Positions 38,533 through 50,892 of a stretch of 64,000 nucleotides of DNA are shown here, piece by piece. Numbering within the stretch: the stretch's first letter is position 1; each line of letters opens with the position of its first letter. Made by a program: the position numbers and the translations under genes. The stretch is from Vampirovibrio sp. (GTDB lineage: Bacteria; Cyanobacteriota; Vampirovibrionia; Vampirovibrionales; JAJTHC01), in NCBI GenBank assembly GCA_024998755.1, contig JACEUU010000003.1, positions 1,291,331 to 1,355,330 of the forward strand, written 5' to 3'. Under the pieces are notes generated by a model. The model was not told the DNA's origin. It saw nothing but the letters and a program-made list of their open reading frames with translations, and did no database searches.

Positions 38533-41520
38533 TTACCTAGCAAGACCATATCGTTCTTCCCTTTTTTGAAAGGCAGTTTTTCCTCCTTCCAAAATGCCAC
38601 ATATGCGATCTCTAATCCCTTCGGCACGACAGTCTTCCAGAGGACCAGATGAATATCTAATACAAGGAAGTCCCCCACTCTTATCGCATTCAGCAATAAT
38701 TACTTGTTCTGAATCAGTATTCACAACTAAATTAGGGTTATGAGTAACTAGAAAAATTTGGCGACGTTTTTTTGCTTCTCGGAAATGGGGAACCAGTAAA
38801 GAGTAAACAGACTCATTATCTAAATTTTCTTCTGGCTGATCAACAATCAAAGGCCGAGTGTCATCAACATCTAAAATAAGATAAAGAATTAGTAACACAA
38901 TCCCCTTGGTACCTGGAGAAAGTTTATCCAGTTCAGTGTTGTTGTATCGCAAACCATACTCAAGAGTGAATGATGCCACGGATACTATAGCCCTCAAAAT
39001 ATCATCAGGCTTGCTCGATTTCTTTAGAAAGGTATCATAAACAGCCTGTTCACAATCGAATGCTATAAATAAATCTTTGACTGATTCTATAAGTAAATCA
39101 TTTTGCAAGTTGCTCCAATAAGATTGGAGTTGTTCAGCTATATTGGCTACCTCATCAATGCTCTTAGGAAGAGACGAAAAACGGCGACCATCAAACAGGT
39201 TCTCTATTCTTTCGTTCCAACCTTTAGTATCAAATCGCTGTCGAATATAAAAGCTTAATTGTTGGTTGCCCAGTCCTGTCCTGTTGAGATGCTCCTCAAC
39301 AGGCTTGTAAAGCTCTGTTAGCAAATCATTCTCTTTTTTGAACGACTCAAAAATCTTTCCGAAGTGTACCCAAATTTGGGATAATTTGTTAGTTATAGCA
39401 GCAACGTCGCTTTCCTCAATCCGCTTTACCTCAATACGAAGTTGGTTCAGTTCGCCGTTAATTTTACTTAGCTGTGTCTGCAAGGATTGTATTTTTTCCC
39501 TAGTTGCTTGGTTCGATGAAACCTGTGTTTCCAGCTCCTTCAGCTTACCTTCAGTCCAAAGAACTGTACCCTCACTCGCAGGCTCGTTGCCGAGGATACC
39601 CTGAACCTTGGATTGAATGCTTGTTTTTGACTCTTCAAAAAGGTTACTAAATGTAGGGAGTAATGCAGTTTTTGGGATTAGAATATCATTGCTATTGGAA
39701 TGCACCAGTCCGAGGTCTGAAACCCGCAATTTAATGGATCTAATAAATTCATCTGTATTTGAATCAAATGAGGCAATATCTTGATACAATTCATCGATAG
39801 AAAGAAGGCGTTCCCGTAAAGAGGCAACCTGCTGATTTAAGCTCTCCAAGTCACTTTGATACTTTGCTAAAGACTCGGTAAATATTGCTTCATCTCCTAT
39901 AGCAAGGGAATCAATTTGATCTTTGAACTGCTTACTATTCTCCTCAAGCTCTTGTATTTTTATACGCTTTGCAGGCAGTGTTGAAATCCTGTCTCGGAGT
40001 GCAAGTCTCTCCGTAATCAAGCCCTCTATAGTTGTGACGTGTTCACTACGCTCCTTATAGATCTGTGCAGTTTGACGCGATCTCAGTTGGTTGAATGAGG
40101 AGGTGCCATAGCGCAAGTCTATTGGAATGTGAGAAAAGACGACCTTCTCAACTTCGGTTGCCAGGGTACCTCCCGCATGATCTTCAGAGCAGAGTTGCTC
40201 AACAAATCGTTGCGAAAGGTATCTTACGCCAGAAGAAGTGGAAGGGGCTTGATTGAGAGTAGCCTCAGATTGCTTTCCGTCAACCCATGCAAGGGTAACT
40301 TTTGTGCCATCAAGGTGTTCTTTTGCACGCTCAATAAATGTTTGTTTCTGATCTGATGACCATCCCCCAGCGGCATAAGCAATTAACTCAGCTAGAGCGG
40401 ACTTGCCTGATCCTCGTGCACCTACGATGGATACTAAGCCACGATTAAGTGGTATTTGAGTACTCCCACCAAACCAGAGATCATTTGCGGATGTAATAGA
40501 TACAGACTCAATAACATGAGCATCCACGTGATGAATGGGTGGAACCTCGCCAATGAAAACACGATCGGCGGGTTCTGCTAATATTTGTCGAAGACCATCA
40601 AAGGTTGGATCTGCCTTTATCCAGCAATAACGTTTCTGGGCTGGCTCTAATAAAGTGGTAAGATCATGTGCATCACAGCCATGTAGACAAGCTTTTTGCC
40701 CACCGCATTGATGTAAAGTATCATCGTTAGAAGGGACTCCAGTTTTCCCAAGCCAAAAATTCCTATCCTGCGGATTCGCAGAAAAAATGGCGTGAGATCT
40801 GGCAGAAATATTTATCCGTAAAGCTCCAAATCCACCTTGGAAACTAAGCCCACCAATACCATCTTTTCCTCCTGAGACAATAATAATCGAGTTAACTTTT
40901 AACCAAGCTTGATTGTCATACCATTCGAAGAATGCAGTTTGTTCGATTTTGAACTGATTAACGCCTTCACGGTATGCAGAAGCGTCATCCTGTATAGAAG
41001 GTTCATAATCTTTGCCCAGTCGAGTTATATCATTCTTAGTACAACGGTAACGCCTGCCGTTACTGTACGAAAATGTTAGCTCTTCTAGAGCTCGATTAAT
41101 TTCGTTCTCGTGAGATGGATCATCAGGTGATATCAAAAGATGTAGGTTAACACCTTGACCAGAAGACGTTTGTGGAGAAATACGAAACTCTATGTTGGGG
41201 AATATCTCGCAAATATTTTGGATTCGGTTGTTTGTGTACTTTTCTAAACGTACTTTAGAGTAGTTGGTTATTGACAGATAATCTGTAATTCCAAGCACAG
41301 CAACATCATTCTTCGATTCAATAATTGAAAAATACGCATCCCAGTCACCTTTAAAACGATCTTCCAAAGCTGTGCCCGGTGTGTGTATATGTAAATCCCA
41401 TCGCTTCCACTCGGAACCTCGTTCAATAAACAGCCTTTGGCCTGACTGTAACCCTTTTTCAATAGGTGATTTTAGAACTGTGGTTATCACAGACGACGCT
41501 TCCATTTTCTGCTCCATCAC
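38533..41520 (-). CDS. PHP-domain phosphoesterase fused to a coiled-coil SMC/Rad50/OLD-like ABC ATPase (995 aa)
   Basis: N-terminal PHP motif [10 protein letters not shown]. Walker [15 protein letters not shown]. Central heptad-rich region. C-terminal ABC signature/Walker B/H-loop [16 protein letters not shown]. Overlaps the DUF499 gene by 4 bp, so operonic. Confidence 0.8.
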   Translation of the reverse strand: MMEQKMEASSVITTVLKSPIEKGLQSGQRLFIERGSEWKRWDLHIHTPGTALEDRFKGDWDAYFSIIESKNDVAVLGITDYLSITNYSKVRLEKYTNNRIQNICEIFPNIEFRISPQTSSGQGVNLHLLISPDDPSHENEINRALEELTFSYSNGRRYRCTKNDITRLGKDYEPSIQDDASAYREGVNQFKIEQTAFFEWYDNQAWLKVNSIIIVSGGKDGIGGLSFQGGFGALRINISARSHAIFSANPQDRNFWLGKTGVPSNDDTLHQCGGQKACLHGCDAHDLTTLLEPAQKRYCWIKADPTFDGLRQILAEPADRVFIGEVPPIHHVDAHVIESVSITSANDLWFGGSTQIPLNRGLVSIVGARGSGKSALAELIAYAAGGWSSDQKQTFIERAKEHLDGTKVTLAWVDGKQSEATLNQAPSTSSGVRYLSQRFVEQLCSEDHAGGTLATEVEKVVFSHIPIDLRYGTSSFNQLRSRQTAQIYKERSEHVTTIEGLITERLALRDRISTLPAKRIKIQELEENSKQFKDQIDSLAIGDEAIFTESLAKYQSDLESLNQQVASLRERLLSIDELYQDIASFDSNTDEFIRSIKLRVSDLGLVHSNSNDILIPKTALLPTFSNLFEESKTSIQSKVQGILGNEPASEGTVLWTEGKLKELETQVSSNQATREKIQSLQTQLSKINGELNQLRIEVKRIEESDVAAITNKLSQIWVHFGKIFESFKKENDLLTELYKPVEEHLNRTGLGNQQLSFYIRQRFDTKGWNERIENLFDGRRFSSLPKSIDEVANIAEQLQSYWSNLQNDLLIESVKDLFIAFDCEQAVYDTFLKKSSKPDDILRAIVSVASFTLEYGLRYNNTELDKLSPGTKGIVLLILYLILDVDDTRPLIVDQPEENLDNESVYSLLVPHFREAKKRRQIFLVTHNPNLVVNTDSEQVIIAECDKSGGLPCIRYSSGPLEDCRAEGIRDRICGILEGGKTAFQKREERYGLAR

Positions 41521-44348
41521 TCAAACTCCGCATTCTTGAATTTCAGAACAGAACAGTTTTCTTTCACATCACGTTGAATCTTATCATCAAAGGCTGAAGC
41601 AGTTTCAGCTCTGAGTTCAATATGTAGGCTAACCTTGACATCGTGCCGTGCTGAAAATTTTTGTACTACCTCATCAACGATTTCGGCAAAGGCTAACTTG
41701 GCCTTGATCGGATCAAGCTCGACTGTGCCATAGAATGAACGCTTTACCTGTAGAGACTCAACAGGCATAGATCCTGGCTTGGTTGAGAACACTCCTAGTT
41801 TAGTAGGAAATGGGCTTACAGTTCCTGTTGCTTCCGATACAGATCCAGGTTGAGCATCAGGATTTGTAGGAATTTTAACAGCTTCGGCGGCAGCTTTCTG
41901 CACAAGCTGCTCCAAAGCTACCGAGGGCTCTACCAACAAAAGACTTGCATCCAGAATTGGTATTGTTTCGTTTCCAAGTGTCAAGCCCAAATACCCGTTT
42001 GCATCCTTCCCATAAGCCAGGCCAAAAAAGTCTTTACTACTTGCTCCAATTGCCAAAGTCTTCTTGAATGTCTCCTCATCCCGCAAGCGTGGCAGATAAA
42101 GATAGTTACAGCATTTCTGCCACACTTCGAGAGCCCCTGCGTTATGTTGAGGCTCTTTCCAGAACCAATTTTTCAGGAGGTTTGCTAAATGAATCGGAGC
42201 CCATTCGCTAATCAGTAATTCGTTTTCTCGCAGCCTTAACTCGACCTCTTTCACAAGATTCTGGCTACCACTAGATAGCGCAATAGGTTCCCAGATGATT
42301 TCGGAAAGTCCCTTCCCTAGTCTTTCTTCCTGAATAGGAACAAGCAACCATCGGTAAGTTTCTCGCACCATACGAACCAGAGCCTGTTTTGTATCCTCTT
42401 CATTCTTCTGTGCTTGCCGCGTTTGATATTGATCAAGATTAAGCCTCAGCTCTTTGATATCTGCGTTGATTGATTGCCATGCAAGCACACTACGCACCTG
42501 ATCGCGGAGTCGGGCAAGACTATCAGAGTCTGCAGCAAGGAAAAGTAAGCGATTTTGGCGAAGACGGGGCTGGTCTCCACGTCCTTTGAGGATTTCGGTA
42601 GCCTTTTCCACCGCTATACTAGCGGTAGCCTTTAAGTAACCTGCATCCAAACCCAAAACCACTAGGCGAAGGCTGGAATCATCCGGTACATCACCACTTT
42701 GGGCAAAAATATGAGAAGAGAATACCCCTCCTCTTAACAGCACTTGTAGTTGTTGTTTAACGAGCGGAGACACGTCTTCGCGATCCTGAAAACGACGCTT
42801 GCGGTCTTCCATCTCACGACGTAAGTTTGGTCGAGTATCAAACCAAAAACGACTATTGCCACTGTTGAGGTAGTGAAGGCGGTCAGTCAGCCGCTTGAGC
42901 GCATCCTTGAAAACCGCTACTTGTTGGCCGGGCTGAACACATCCCAGAATGACCCGCTCCAGCTCGATCCCGCGCACCATTTGTCCACCAGTCGTGGGTG
43001 CGCTACCTAAAAAAATCGTCCGAGCTGCTCGACGTGCTGCCTGAACGGAACCAAATCGACCCTCATTGTCAATATTGACAGTCGTCTCTGCTTTTTCTCC
43101 GTCGATATCACGCTCTAGTACAGGATCCCAACCTTGGGGCAGGTAGTAGATCGCTTCGTTACGAACGTCAGAGTCATATAGGGGGATGCTTCCTGGCATC
43201 ACCAGCAAATCGGTGTTGTTATCCTTCCAAAGCCTGTGTATGACCTTGGCCATTAGCTTTAGGACGCCCCGAGTACGCTGGAACTTATCCAAGGTTGACC
43301 AGTCTTCATACAGCCGATCAAAAACTTCTGGATGAATGGGGTAAGCATTCTTCAGCCGGTCGAAATATCGCCCTTCAATGGTTTCATGGGGAAACTCCCC
43401 ATCGTTTTGAATGTAGGTGTCGGCGAAGGCCCGACATACCTCGTCCATAGCTTTGGGGTCACTGAAGCGAACGAATAAACGTCGGCGGACGATCTCGAAG
43501 GCTTCTTCGGTTGCAACAGGCTTCCAAATGGCCTGAACCCGACCAAAATATTTCTCTAGCGCATCTAGTGCAGCCTCAGCCCTTGCACTACCAACCTCCA
43601 GCTTGGATTCTGGTAGCGAGGCCAACAATATGGCGTTGGGCACCGATTTTAGTGCTTCGGTCAGCGATTGAATAAAGGTTAAATTGCTATCAAACGTGCC
43701 GGCCGGATAGCGTTTCCCTTCATCAAACTGGCGCAGATAAGCAACCAGCTCGTCCATGAGGATGACGCAGGGTGCATGTTCCTTGAGCAGTTGAGAAAGT
43801 GTGTCCTTGGCTGGAGACGTTCCGTTGGCATCCGATTCTTTAATCTGATCGAACGCAGTAGCACCGCCTAGTTGCCAGGCAAGTTCACCCCACAAGGTAC
43901 GGATTTCATGGCCATTACGTTTGCTGGGTTTGCTGGGGTCAAGATTGATACCGTCCAGCACCACCAAACGCGCTTTGGGTAGTTCGGTAATACCTGCTGC
44001 ATCCAGGATAGCGGAGATTCCTTGCAGTTCGCTAGCGGGAACCTCGCCTTTGGCTAAGTGATAGACGGCCAGCATGGTATGGGTTTTACCGCCACCAAAC
44101 GCCGTTTGAAGCTGGATAACCGGATCCCCACCTTGTCCTGTGATTCTTTTTGCCACGCTACCAAGCAACAAGCGCATGCCTTCGGTAATGTAAGTACGTT
44201 CAAAGAAATAAGCAGGGTTCTGGTACTCTTCAGTTGCCGACCCGGCATGAACACGCGACAGATCAGCGGCAAACTCGGCTTGCTGGAAAGTGCCTTTCAG
44301 CACGTCTTCATGGGGAATGGCGACTTCACGCCAAGGTTTTAAGGTCAT
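41517..44348 (-). CDS. DUF499-family ATPase (BrxC/PglY-like)
   Basis: Canonical DUF499 N-terminus [30 protein letters not shown] and P-loop [12 protein letters not shown]. Confidence 0.8.
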   Translation of the reverse strand: MTLKPWREVAIPHEDVLKGTFQQAEFAADLSRVHAGSATEEYQNPAYFFERTYITEGMRLLLGSVAKRITGQGGDPVIQLQTAFGGGKTHTMLAVYHLAKGEVPASELQGISAILDAAGITELPKARLVVLDGINLDPSKPSKRNGHEIRTLWGELAWQLGGATAFDQIKESDANGTSPAKDTLSQLLKEHAPCVILMDELVAYLRQFDEGKRYPAGTFDSNLTFIQSLTEALKSVPNAILLASLPESKLEVGSARAEAALDALEKYFGRVQAIWKPVATEEAFEIVRRRLFVRFSDPKAMDEVCRAFADTYIQNDGEFPHETIEGRYFDRLKNAYPIHPEVFDRLYEDWSTLDKFQRTRGVLKLMAKVIHRLWKDNNTDLLVMPGSIPLYDSDVRNEAIYYLPQGWDPVLERDIDGEKAETTVNIDNEGRFGSVQAARRAARTIFLGSAPTTGGQMVRGIELERVILGCVQPGQQVAVFKDALKRLTDRLHYLNSGNSRFWFDTRPNLRREMEDRKRRFQDREDVSPLVKQQLQVLLRGGVFSSHIFAQSGDVPDDSSLRLVVLGLDAGYLKATASIAVEKATEILKGRGDQPRLRQNRLLFLAADSDSLARLRDQVRSVLAWQSINADIKELRLNLDQYQTRQAQKNEEDTKQALVRMVRETYRWLLVPIQEERLGKGLSEIIWEPIALSSGSQNLVKEVELRLRENELLISEWAPIHLANLLKNWFWKEPQHNAGALEVWQKCCNYLYLPRLRDEETFKKTLAIGASSKDFFGLAYGKDANGYLGLTLGNETIPILDASLLLVEPSVALEQLVQKAAAEAVKIPTNPDAQPGSVSEATGTVSPFPTKLGVFSTKPGSMPVESLQVKRSFYGTVELDPIKAKLAFAEIVDEVVQKFSARHDVKVSLHIELRAETASAFDDKIQRDVKENCSVLKFKNAEFE

Positions 44349-44367
44349 TGTGTCAATGTCTCCAAGT

Positions 44368-47277
44368 CTACACTTCCAGTTTCATCTGGGTATTAACGCG
44401 GCCTGCCTCGTGCGATGCTTTTTCGACAGCATACCAGGCGGTAATCAGCTCATTATAGAAGCGGGCTTCTTCTGCCCAGCCTTTACGCTCGCATAGGGTA
44501 TAAAGGCGATAAGCCAGTTGGCGAATGGCTTCCGTACGTTCCGGCATACCTGCTAAAAGGCTTCCTGCTTCGCTTTCGCCGCCTTTGTTCAAGGCACGAA
44601 TCATCTGGTGCAGGGCTTCCCACACCGGCGTGTTGTTATCTCTGGCCGGATGCCAGTCATCGGGGTATTCCAGAACTTTGAGCAGGCGCACTTTGCCAGC
44701 CCCAGACTCAATCACACCAGCGTCTTTTAGACCTTCAACACTGGTGCCCTTGGCACGTGCCAAAACATCTGCCTGGCCAAACACGCCAGAAGCCCAGTTA
44801 TATTCATCAAACCAAGCGATGCAAAAGCGGGTATCGGCATCCAGTTCGCCTTCGGCTTCGTTAAAATAATCGTCAATTGATTTATTGATCAGGGTAAGTG
44901 CTGTATGGACGCTCATCGGTGAGCCGTCGGCTTCTAGCACTTCGGTATATTTGCTAAACACGCCCATACCGGGGCCAATGGCGGCTTGCGCCAAATCCAC
45001 TGGGGCAATGGGGCTGTGGGCACCTTTACCGCCAATCATGGCTTCCAACGCTTCGGGAAGTGTTTCTTTCAATTCTGCCAGAAACTGACGGCGATTAATG
45101 GTTTCGGCATGGGCAGGGCGTGGGCGACAGACCAGCACAATGCTGGATGCTAGTGCATTGGCACCAGAGCCGATCATGCGGTTTGCTAGCTCGGTACGCA
45201 TGGGCCAAGTGCCTGTTAAGGCAAAACCTGATCGAATGACCGCTTCCAGAAAGGTTTCCCAGCCGGTAGAAGAGGTGCTTCCTTCTTTGGTTTCGGCCTG
45301 TTTGAAGGCATAGTAAATGCTGACGGGGAAGGCCCCATGAGCTTGCACTGCCAGATTATGCATCGCTTGGGTCATGCCATCGAGAAAGAATTTTTCGGCG
45401 TTTTGCTTGTTGCCGTGGCGGTATGGCGTGGCCACCAGTTCTTCGGCCTTGGGCACAGCTAGTGTACCCAATAATTCGGGTAGCACGGTTTTCAAACTTT
45501 TACGCAGCCAAACATAGAAAAAGTCAGACAAATCAGCATAGCCGATATTGTCGTAATAGGGGGGATCCGTGGAAACGACCTTGTTTTGGCTAATAGTTTG
45601 GGTTTGGGCATCATTCTGCCTAACGCTTGAATCAGTTGTTGCGGGCAAATTATGAAGCAACTTAATTCCCGATTCGATGCCGAGCAGAAAATTTCCAGAA
45701 GAATCACTAAATGGATTTGCTTCTGAAAAATCCCAGACCATTGGTAGAGCTTGACGGCCGAAGGTACTTGTAATTGTATCTCTTCCGGAGTGCCAAGAAC
45801 ATATATTGGACCAATAGTTGGCTCCCTTATCAACCGCAAAAGCCAAATAAACCGAGACAGCATCAGCATAGGCGGTGGGGCCTGTGCCGCCTTGCTCCAG
45901 TCCAAGGCCATCGTCTGCCCATTCGTTGGCCAAGGCGTCTTCCAGCACTTTGTTGCGGGCTTCCTGCACCAGGTCGCTAAAGGTGGTCAACGCCACCAAT
46001 TGCCGTGGCGTGAATAGATCGCCATAAGTCTTTAGTCCATACAACGGGGGAGAGAACCAACGAGGATTCTCTGGCATCGCCACGTCTGGCTTCCAAGAGG
46101 GTTCAGCAATTCGTGCGATTGCTTCCATCTCTTGCGTGGGCTCCAGATAAACTCTCCCCCTAGAGCCTTCTGCAACAATGGCCATCAAGCGAGAGCCCAT
46201 TCGCCCTGCATTTGCTTCAGAATAAATGTAGGCTGGCGCAATGGGCGTATCGGTCATCAGACAGCGGAAATTTGCTCCTCGTGACAGCTTGGTACCTGTC
46301 TTCACCGTTTCGGCATGTTTTGGCGTACCCGTACGGATAGTAAACTGATAGCGGTCGCCTTCAATCACTGGCTCAACATAGGCTTCCTTGCCCTTTTTGG
46401 TGCTTAGGTAAAAGGTGCTGGCCAGTGGTACATCCACATGGCTAAAGGCCGGGTTGGGGCTTTTCACCGTTCTTGCCCAAATCCAGGCAATCACGGTGGC
46501 TTCGCCACCACCGTATTCTTTGGGCAACGTTACCTTGGGGTATAAATGGCCAATACGTTTAAAGGCTTCTTCCCGCATCCAATGGCCATAGCGTCGTACA
46601 TCTTCCGCCAGGCCTTTCGCACCGCTCCAGTCTTCAATAAACTGAGCAGGTTTTTTCTTATCTTCTAGACCTTCCTTTGTTAAAGGGCCAATCGGTTTAC
46701 GCCCAGCAAATTTGGGTGGTATTTCAATCATTGCCTTGTTAATCAGCACAGCTACCGGGTTTAAATCGCTAGCCCAGCTTTCCAGCCCCAACCGTTGTGC
46801 TTCCAGCGGAATCGCTCCACCGCCAGCAAAGGGATCGTGAAAGGCGGGCAATTTCTCGGGGTTAAACAGTTCGGCTGCTTCCGGGTGGTTCTTGTTCAGA
46901 TCGCAGGTTTCACGCCAGCTTTTCCAGATTTCGGCGCGGGCTTCGTTCAGCACGGCTTCGTTATTGGTATTTTCCCACAGCACCAGCTTGCGAATAATTT
47001 CAAACAGCCGTTCCCGATCTAGCTGGGCGGCTTGCTTGTTCATCCCTCGGTTCAGGTGGCGTTCATAGCCGGGGTCATTGACCAGTTGGGCAAATAATAC
47101 CGCCCGTGCTGCAGCCAAAGGCCGTCGTGCCCACCACAAATGCAGGGTAGAAGGATGCCCATGCCGAATAGATTTTTCTCGTGCCGATGCCACATTGATG
47201 TCATCCAGGGGCAAGGCCACTTCAATCAATTTTTTGGGTGCCTTAATGGGCACAGATTTATCAGTAGCAGGTGGCAT
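44368..47277 (-). CDS. DUF1156-family N6-adenine DNA methyltransferase
   Basis: DUF1156 signature [41 protein letters not shown] and catalytic motif [14 protein letters not shown]. Confidence 0.85.
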   Translation of the reverse strand: MPPATDKSVPIKAPKKLIEVALPLDDINVASAREKSIRHGHPSTLHLWWARRPLAAARAVLFAQLVNDPGYERHLNRGMNKQAAQLDRERLFEIIRKLVLWENTNNEAVLNEARAEIWKSWRETCDLNKNHPEAAELFNPEKLPAFHDPFAGGGAIPLEAQRLGLESWASDLNPVAVLINKAMIEIPPKFAGRKPIGPLTKEGLEDKKKPAQFIEDWSGAKGLAEDVRRYGHWMREEAFKRIGHLYPKVTLPKEYGGGEATVIAWIWARTVKSPNPAFSHVDVPLASTFYLSTKKGKEAYVEPVIEGDRYQFTIRTGTPKHAETVKTGTKLSRGANFRCLMTDTPIAPAYIYSEANAGRMGSRLMAIVAEGSRGRVYLEPTQEMEAIARIAEPSWKPDVAMPENPRWFSPPLYGLKTYGDLFTPRQLVALTTFSDLVQEARNKVLEDALANEWADDGLGLEQGGTGPTAYADAVSVYLAFAVDKGANYWSNICSWHSGRDTITSTFGRQALPMVWDFSEANPFSDSSGNFLLGIESGIKLLHNLPATTDSSVRQNDAQTQTISQNKVVSTDPPYYDNIGYADLSDFFYVWLRKSLKTVLPELLGTLAVPKAEELVATPYRHGNKQNAEKFFLDGMTQAMHNLAVQAHGAFPVSIYYAFKQAETKEGSTSSTGWETFLEAVIRSGFALTGTWPMRTELANRMIGSGANALASSIVLVCRPRPAHAETINRRQFLAELKETLPEALEAMIGGKGAHSPIAPVDLAQAAIGPGMGVFSKYTEVLEADGSPMSVHTALTLINKSIDDYFNEAEGELDADTRFCIAWFDEYNWASGVFGQADVLARAKGTSVEGLKDAGVIESGAGKVRLLKVLEYPDDWHPARDNNTPVWEALHQMIRALNKGGESEAGSLLAGMPERTEAIRQLAYRLYTLCERKGWAEEARFYNELITAWYAVEKASHEAGRVNTQMKLEV

Positions 47278-47295
47278 GGAAGTTCCTCAATATCT

Positions 47296-49326
47296 TTAGT
47301 TTATTTCTGGCAGTATTAACGGGCATTCATGGGGCGCCACTGCTCGTGATAATAGCTCATCAAGTTCAAGGTTGACGCTGGCAGCAAAGTCTTCGGGTTC
47401 TTTGCTAAACGGCTGGTGAATATAGAACGGCCCTTCGGTTGTGTCACCGTCGACCAGCACCAACGCCAAAATAAACTTTTCCTTTTGGTTTAGTCCGTAC
47501 AAAATCTCGTTACGGCTCACGGTTATGATGCTTCCATCTTTTTGTCGCCCTTTTACTTCAATGTGCCGCTCTAGGGGTAACACCATGCGACCATCTGGCA
47601 AGCATTGCCTGCCTGGCCGAGAGGTGATATCCCAGCCCACCTTATCCGCTGAGACATCTGTCACTGTATGCCCCAAGGCTTCTTCTGCCAAAAGTACAGC
47701 TTGCATGGCCAATTGTTCCACACGCAGGCGTGCCAACACATCAACGGGAGGGGCTGGCTTGCCCTGTTGTTTTGCTAGGAACCCTGCAGGAATAATCAAT
47801 GCCCCACCTACAATAATAGGCGTGGCAGAAACCACATGGCGCATGGCATTGAGTTCTTTGGTACGTTGCTTCAGTCTGGCAACCAGTTCGTCCATGGTTC
47901 GGCGGGCATTTTCTGGCTGCATACGGGGTTGTTTTCCGGCTTCCATATCTTCTTTCAGTTTTATGTAGCGATCCTCCCAATAGCCAATTTCCTTTGCCAA
48001 CCGTTCATGCACAGCCGCCAGTGTTTTTTCAACCAAATGCTCACGCAGTTCTTTTATCTCGCTGTAATGCTCTGGTACCAGTTGGGTAGAAGCGTAATTT
48101 AATGCCAATTGCTCCAGATTTTGCGTGAGCCAAGGCTGTTGTAATAACTCCTGAACCAAGAGCTGTTGATGCTCATCCAAGGCTTCATAATCCAGATGTG
48201 GCCCCCATCCTGCAAACGTCGCCTTGCCATCTGGAGTAATTTCCACAAACTGAATTCGACGAGAGAGTGTCCGCTTGCCGTCGTCGTCGTTACCGTCTTT
48301 CACCGCTTGGTCTATTAGAAACATCATGCGGGGCGTTTCGCCAGCATCATTGGGATCTAACAAAACAGCACCCTGTTTTAAGTGGTTGCGAGACTGTTCC
48401 AGAATCAAGTCTACAAGCGACTGCATTAGCGGGTGTCCCGGATGAATCAAGCTGGCTTTGGGCTTATTACGAAGATCAATTTCCTTCTTTTCAAAGCAGA
48501 TGCGCTCGTACTTTAAAACCACAGGGTTACGGTTCGCCCGATTTCGTCCTGATAAAACACGATCACGCTCGCGAATGATGCCTGGTACATGACTGATTTC
48601 AAAACGACCTGGTTCACGCGGCTTTAAATCGCCACCCAACTGAGCAAAGGCTTTTTGGAAAAAAGCACGAATAAAGTAAGGCTGGAGCTTTCGGGCTTCT
48701 GCCTTGTCCATTTCTTCTTTCACCTGAAACAATTGCTTTTCTGAAAAAATCTGTTCACATAATGCATCATTGTCAATAAGCTTTTGCAAATTACTTGTAT
48801 CCAGTGCACCAGAGACTTTTTCATCTTGCCTAGCCAGAACTTCTGGGTCATCGCCATAGCGAATAGCTTCAACCAGCACATCCTTAAGAGAGACACCTTG
48901 AAAAACCTTGCCTAGAATGTCGTAAACGCGACCGCCTAAAGCTTTTCGTTCTATCTCCAGCTTGTTAAACAAGGTTTGAAAGACATGACCTTCTGCTGTT
49001 TCACCAGCTAAAAGATTCCATAAATGGCAGATCTGTTTTTGCCCTATGCGGTGTATACGTCCAAAACGCTGTTCCAATCGATTGGGGTTCCAAGGCAAAT
49101 CATAATTGACCATTAGATTGGCATTTTGCAGGTTTACCCCTTCCCCTGCAGCATCTGTTGCCACTAAAACACGGGTTTCAGGATCATTACGAAACAGCTC
49201 TTGCGCCTTGCACCTATCTTCACGCTTGGTCCCCCCGTGTATTTCAATGACCGCTTCCTGTTTGCCTAACAGGGTCCGAATACGATCTGTCAAATAGATA
49301 AGCGTATCCCTGTGCTCTGTAAAAAT
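47296..49326 (-). pseudogene. SNF2/DEAD-type helicase C-terminal half with C-terminal DUF3883 (restriction-endonuclease-like) domain; N-terminal motor half lost at the IS junction
   Basis: Helicase motifs IV-VI ([33 protein letters not shown]) and DUF3883-like tail GWDITSRPG...IEVKGRQ. The first 40 codons of the track ORF ([19 protein letters not shown]...) are read-through into the IS terminus, not helicase. Confidence 0.75.
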
Positions 49327-50485
49327 GAAGTTACGGAAAAAAGGGCAAGGTAAAATAGAAGGGACATTATTCCACCTCTCATAGGATACCCCACCCCCAT
49401 GACTACCTTTGCCGACATCCAAATTCAACAAGCCACCCCCACTCACAAATTCCTAGAGGAAATGAACCAAACCCTACCATGGCAACTATTTGAAACTATC
49501 CTCAAAACACACATCCACCACAAACCCAACGGCAGACCCCCCTACAAACGCCTACTACTGCTCAAAATGAACCTCCTCAAAATATGGTTCAATCTCTCCT
49601 ATGAACAAACCGAATTTCAATGCCACGACAGACTCTCCTTCCGAAAGTTTCTCGGCTTCTCCTTAGAATCCCCCATCCCTGAAGCCACGACACTCGAAAA
49701 CTTCCAACACGAACTGCAAAACACCCCAGCCCAAGAAGCCCTTTTCTTAGCCTTAGACACCTTCTTTCAAGAGAAAAACCTCATTCTCAAAGAAGGCAAC
49801 TTGGTAGATGCCACCTTTATTAAAGCCAATAGCAAACAGAGAAAAAAACCTGAAGACCAGAGCGACCCTGATGCCACTTATGGCTACAAGGGGTTTGGTT
49901 ACAGTGCCACGGTTAATGTGGATGCTAAAAGCAAGTTGATTCGTAAGGTGGTTGTTACTGGGGCCAATGTGCATGACAGTCAGAGTTTAATCCCTGTATT
50001 GGTGGGCGATGAGCAGACTGTTGGTGCGGATAGTGGTTATGTGGGCAAGGAGAAGGATTTAAAGGCATTGGGGATACAGCCGAGGATTATTAAGCGTCGG
50101 GTTCGGGGTAAGCAGCATGAACCAACGCCTGAGTTGACGGCTTCGCAGAAGCGGTTTAATGGGTTGGTTTCTAAGGTTCGGGCAAGAGTGGAGCATGTGT
50201 TTGCGGGTTGGAAGACGGTGTTTAAGAAGGTTCGTGTGTCTTGTCGTGGGTTAGTGCGTGTTTCTGCGGAGATTTTGGGCTTGGCATTTGGGTATAATTG
50301 TCGTCGGTATGGTTTTTTGGTGAGGAGGGGGGTAGGTTTTAGTGGATTCTTGTATGGTTTTTAGGTAATTATGATCCGAAAAGAGTGGAAACAAGGGGTA
50401 TTGTTCTGTTTTTTGAGCATTTTTGGTTGAATTTTATTAAAAAACACTCACTACTCCCACCTGCACACCCTTATTCCGTAACTTC
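49327..50485 (+). mobile_element. IS5-like element copy 3 (1159 bp), no target-site duplication
   Basis: Same IRs as copies 1 and 2. Flanks are AAAT and ATCG. Left flank is mid-helicase, right flank is mid-hsdM. Confidence 0.85.
49399..50364 (+). CDS. IS5-family DDE transposase (321 aa), intact
   Basis: About 98% identical to 13536-14501. Confidence 0.85.
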   Translation: MTTFADIQIQQATPTHKFLEEMNQTLPWQLFETILKTHIHHKPNGRPPYKRLLLLKMNLLKIWFNLSYEQTEFQCHDRLSFRKFLGFSLESPIPEATTLENFQHELQNTPAQEALFLALDTFFQEKNLILKEGNLVDATFIKANSKQRKKPEDQSDPDATYGYKGFGYSATVNVDAKSKLIRKVVVTGANVHDSQSLIPVLVGDEQTVGADSGYVGKEKDLKALGIQPRIIKRRVRGKQHEPTPELTASQKRFNGLVSKVRARVEHVFAGWKTVFKKVRVSCRGLVRVSAEILGLAFGYNCRRYGFLVRRGVGFSGFLYGF

Positions 50486-50881
50486 ATCGGTAAATCCAGT
50501 GTTCAAACCTATATTTATGTATTTAAAGTCAATGAGCCTCATCATCGAGATGAAGTTGTGAAGTTTATTGATTTTTCAAACGACGGCTACACACGAACGA
50601 GCCGAAAAAAAGCAAGCAATAATTTGAAGGATACAGACAGAGCGAAAGAACGCTATGAAGAAGTGGTAAACTTGGTTCGTTTTGGGAAAAATAAGCTCAA
50701 CATTTTTACCGAACACGAGTATTACGAAGGACACATAGACCCTAAAAATGGGGCAGATTGGAATCAACGTTCACCGATTGACACCAAACCTACCTTTGAG
50801 GATTTTAGAAAAACGGTGGCGGACTACCTTGCTTGGGAGGTAGAACAACTCATTAAAGGGGAAGACGGCTTGGGAAAGTAG
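50486..50881 (+). pseudogene. hsdM: C-terminal ~130-codon remnant of a type I restriction-modification methyltransferase
   Basis: Frame is open from the IS edge. VVKFIDFSNDGYTRTSRKKASNNLKDTDRAKERYEEVV resembles the HsdM C-terminus (FIDAS...N.L....I..I). Stop lies 11 bp before hsdS. Confidence 0.45.
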
Positions 50882-50892
50882 CGTGCCATTCG

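Noticed and set aside
49327-49446. First 40 codons ([19 protein letters not shown]...) of the helicase ORF, and the similar ORF 13305-13583
   Set aside because: Both are translations of the IS5-like element terminus read antisense. They are an artefact of the insertion junctions, not host protein sequence.
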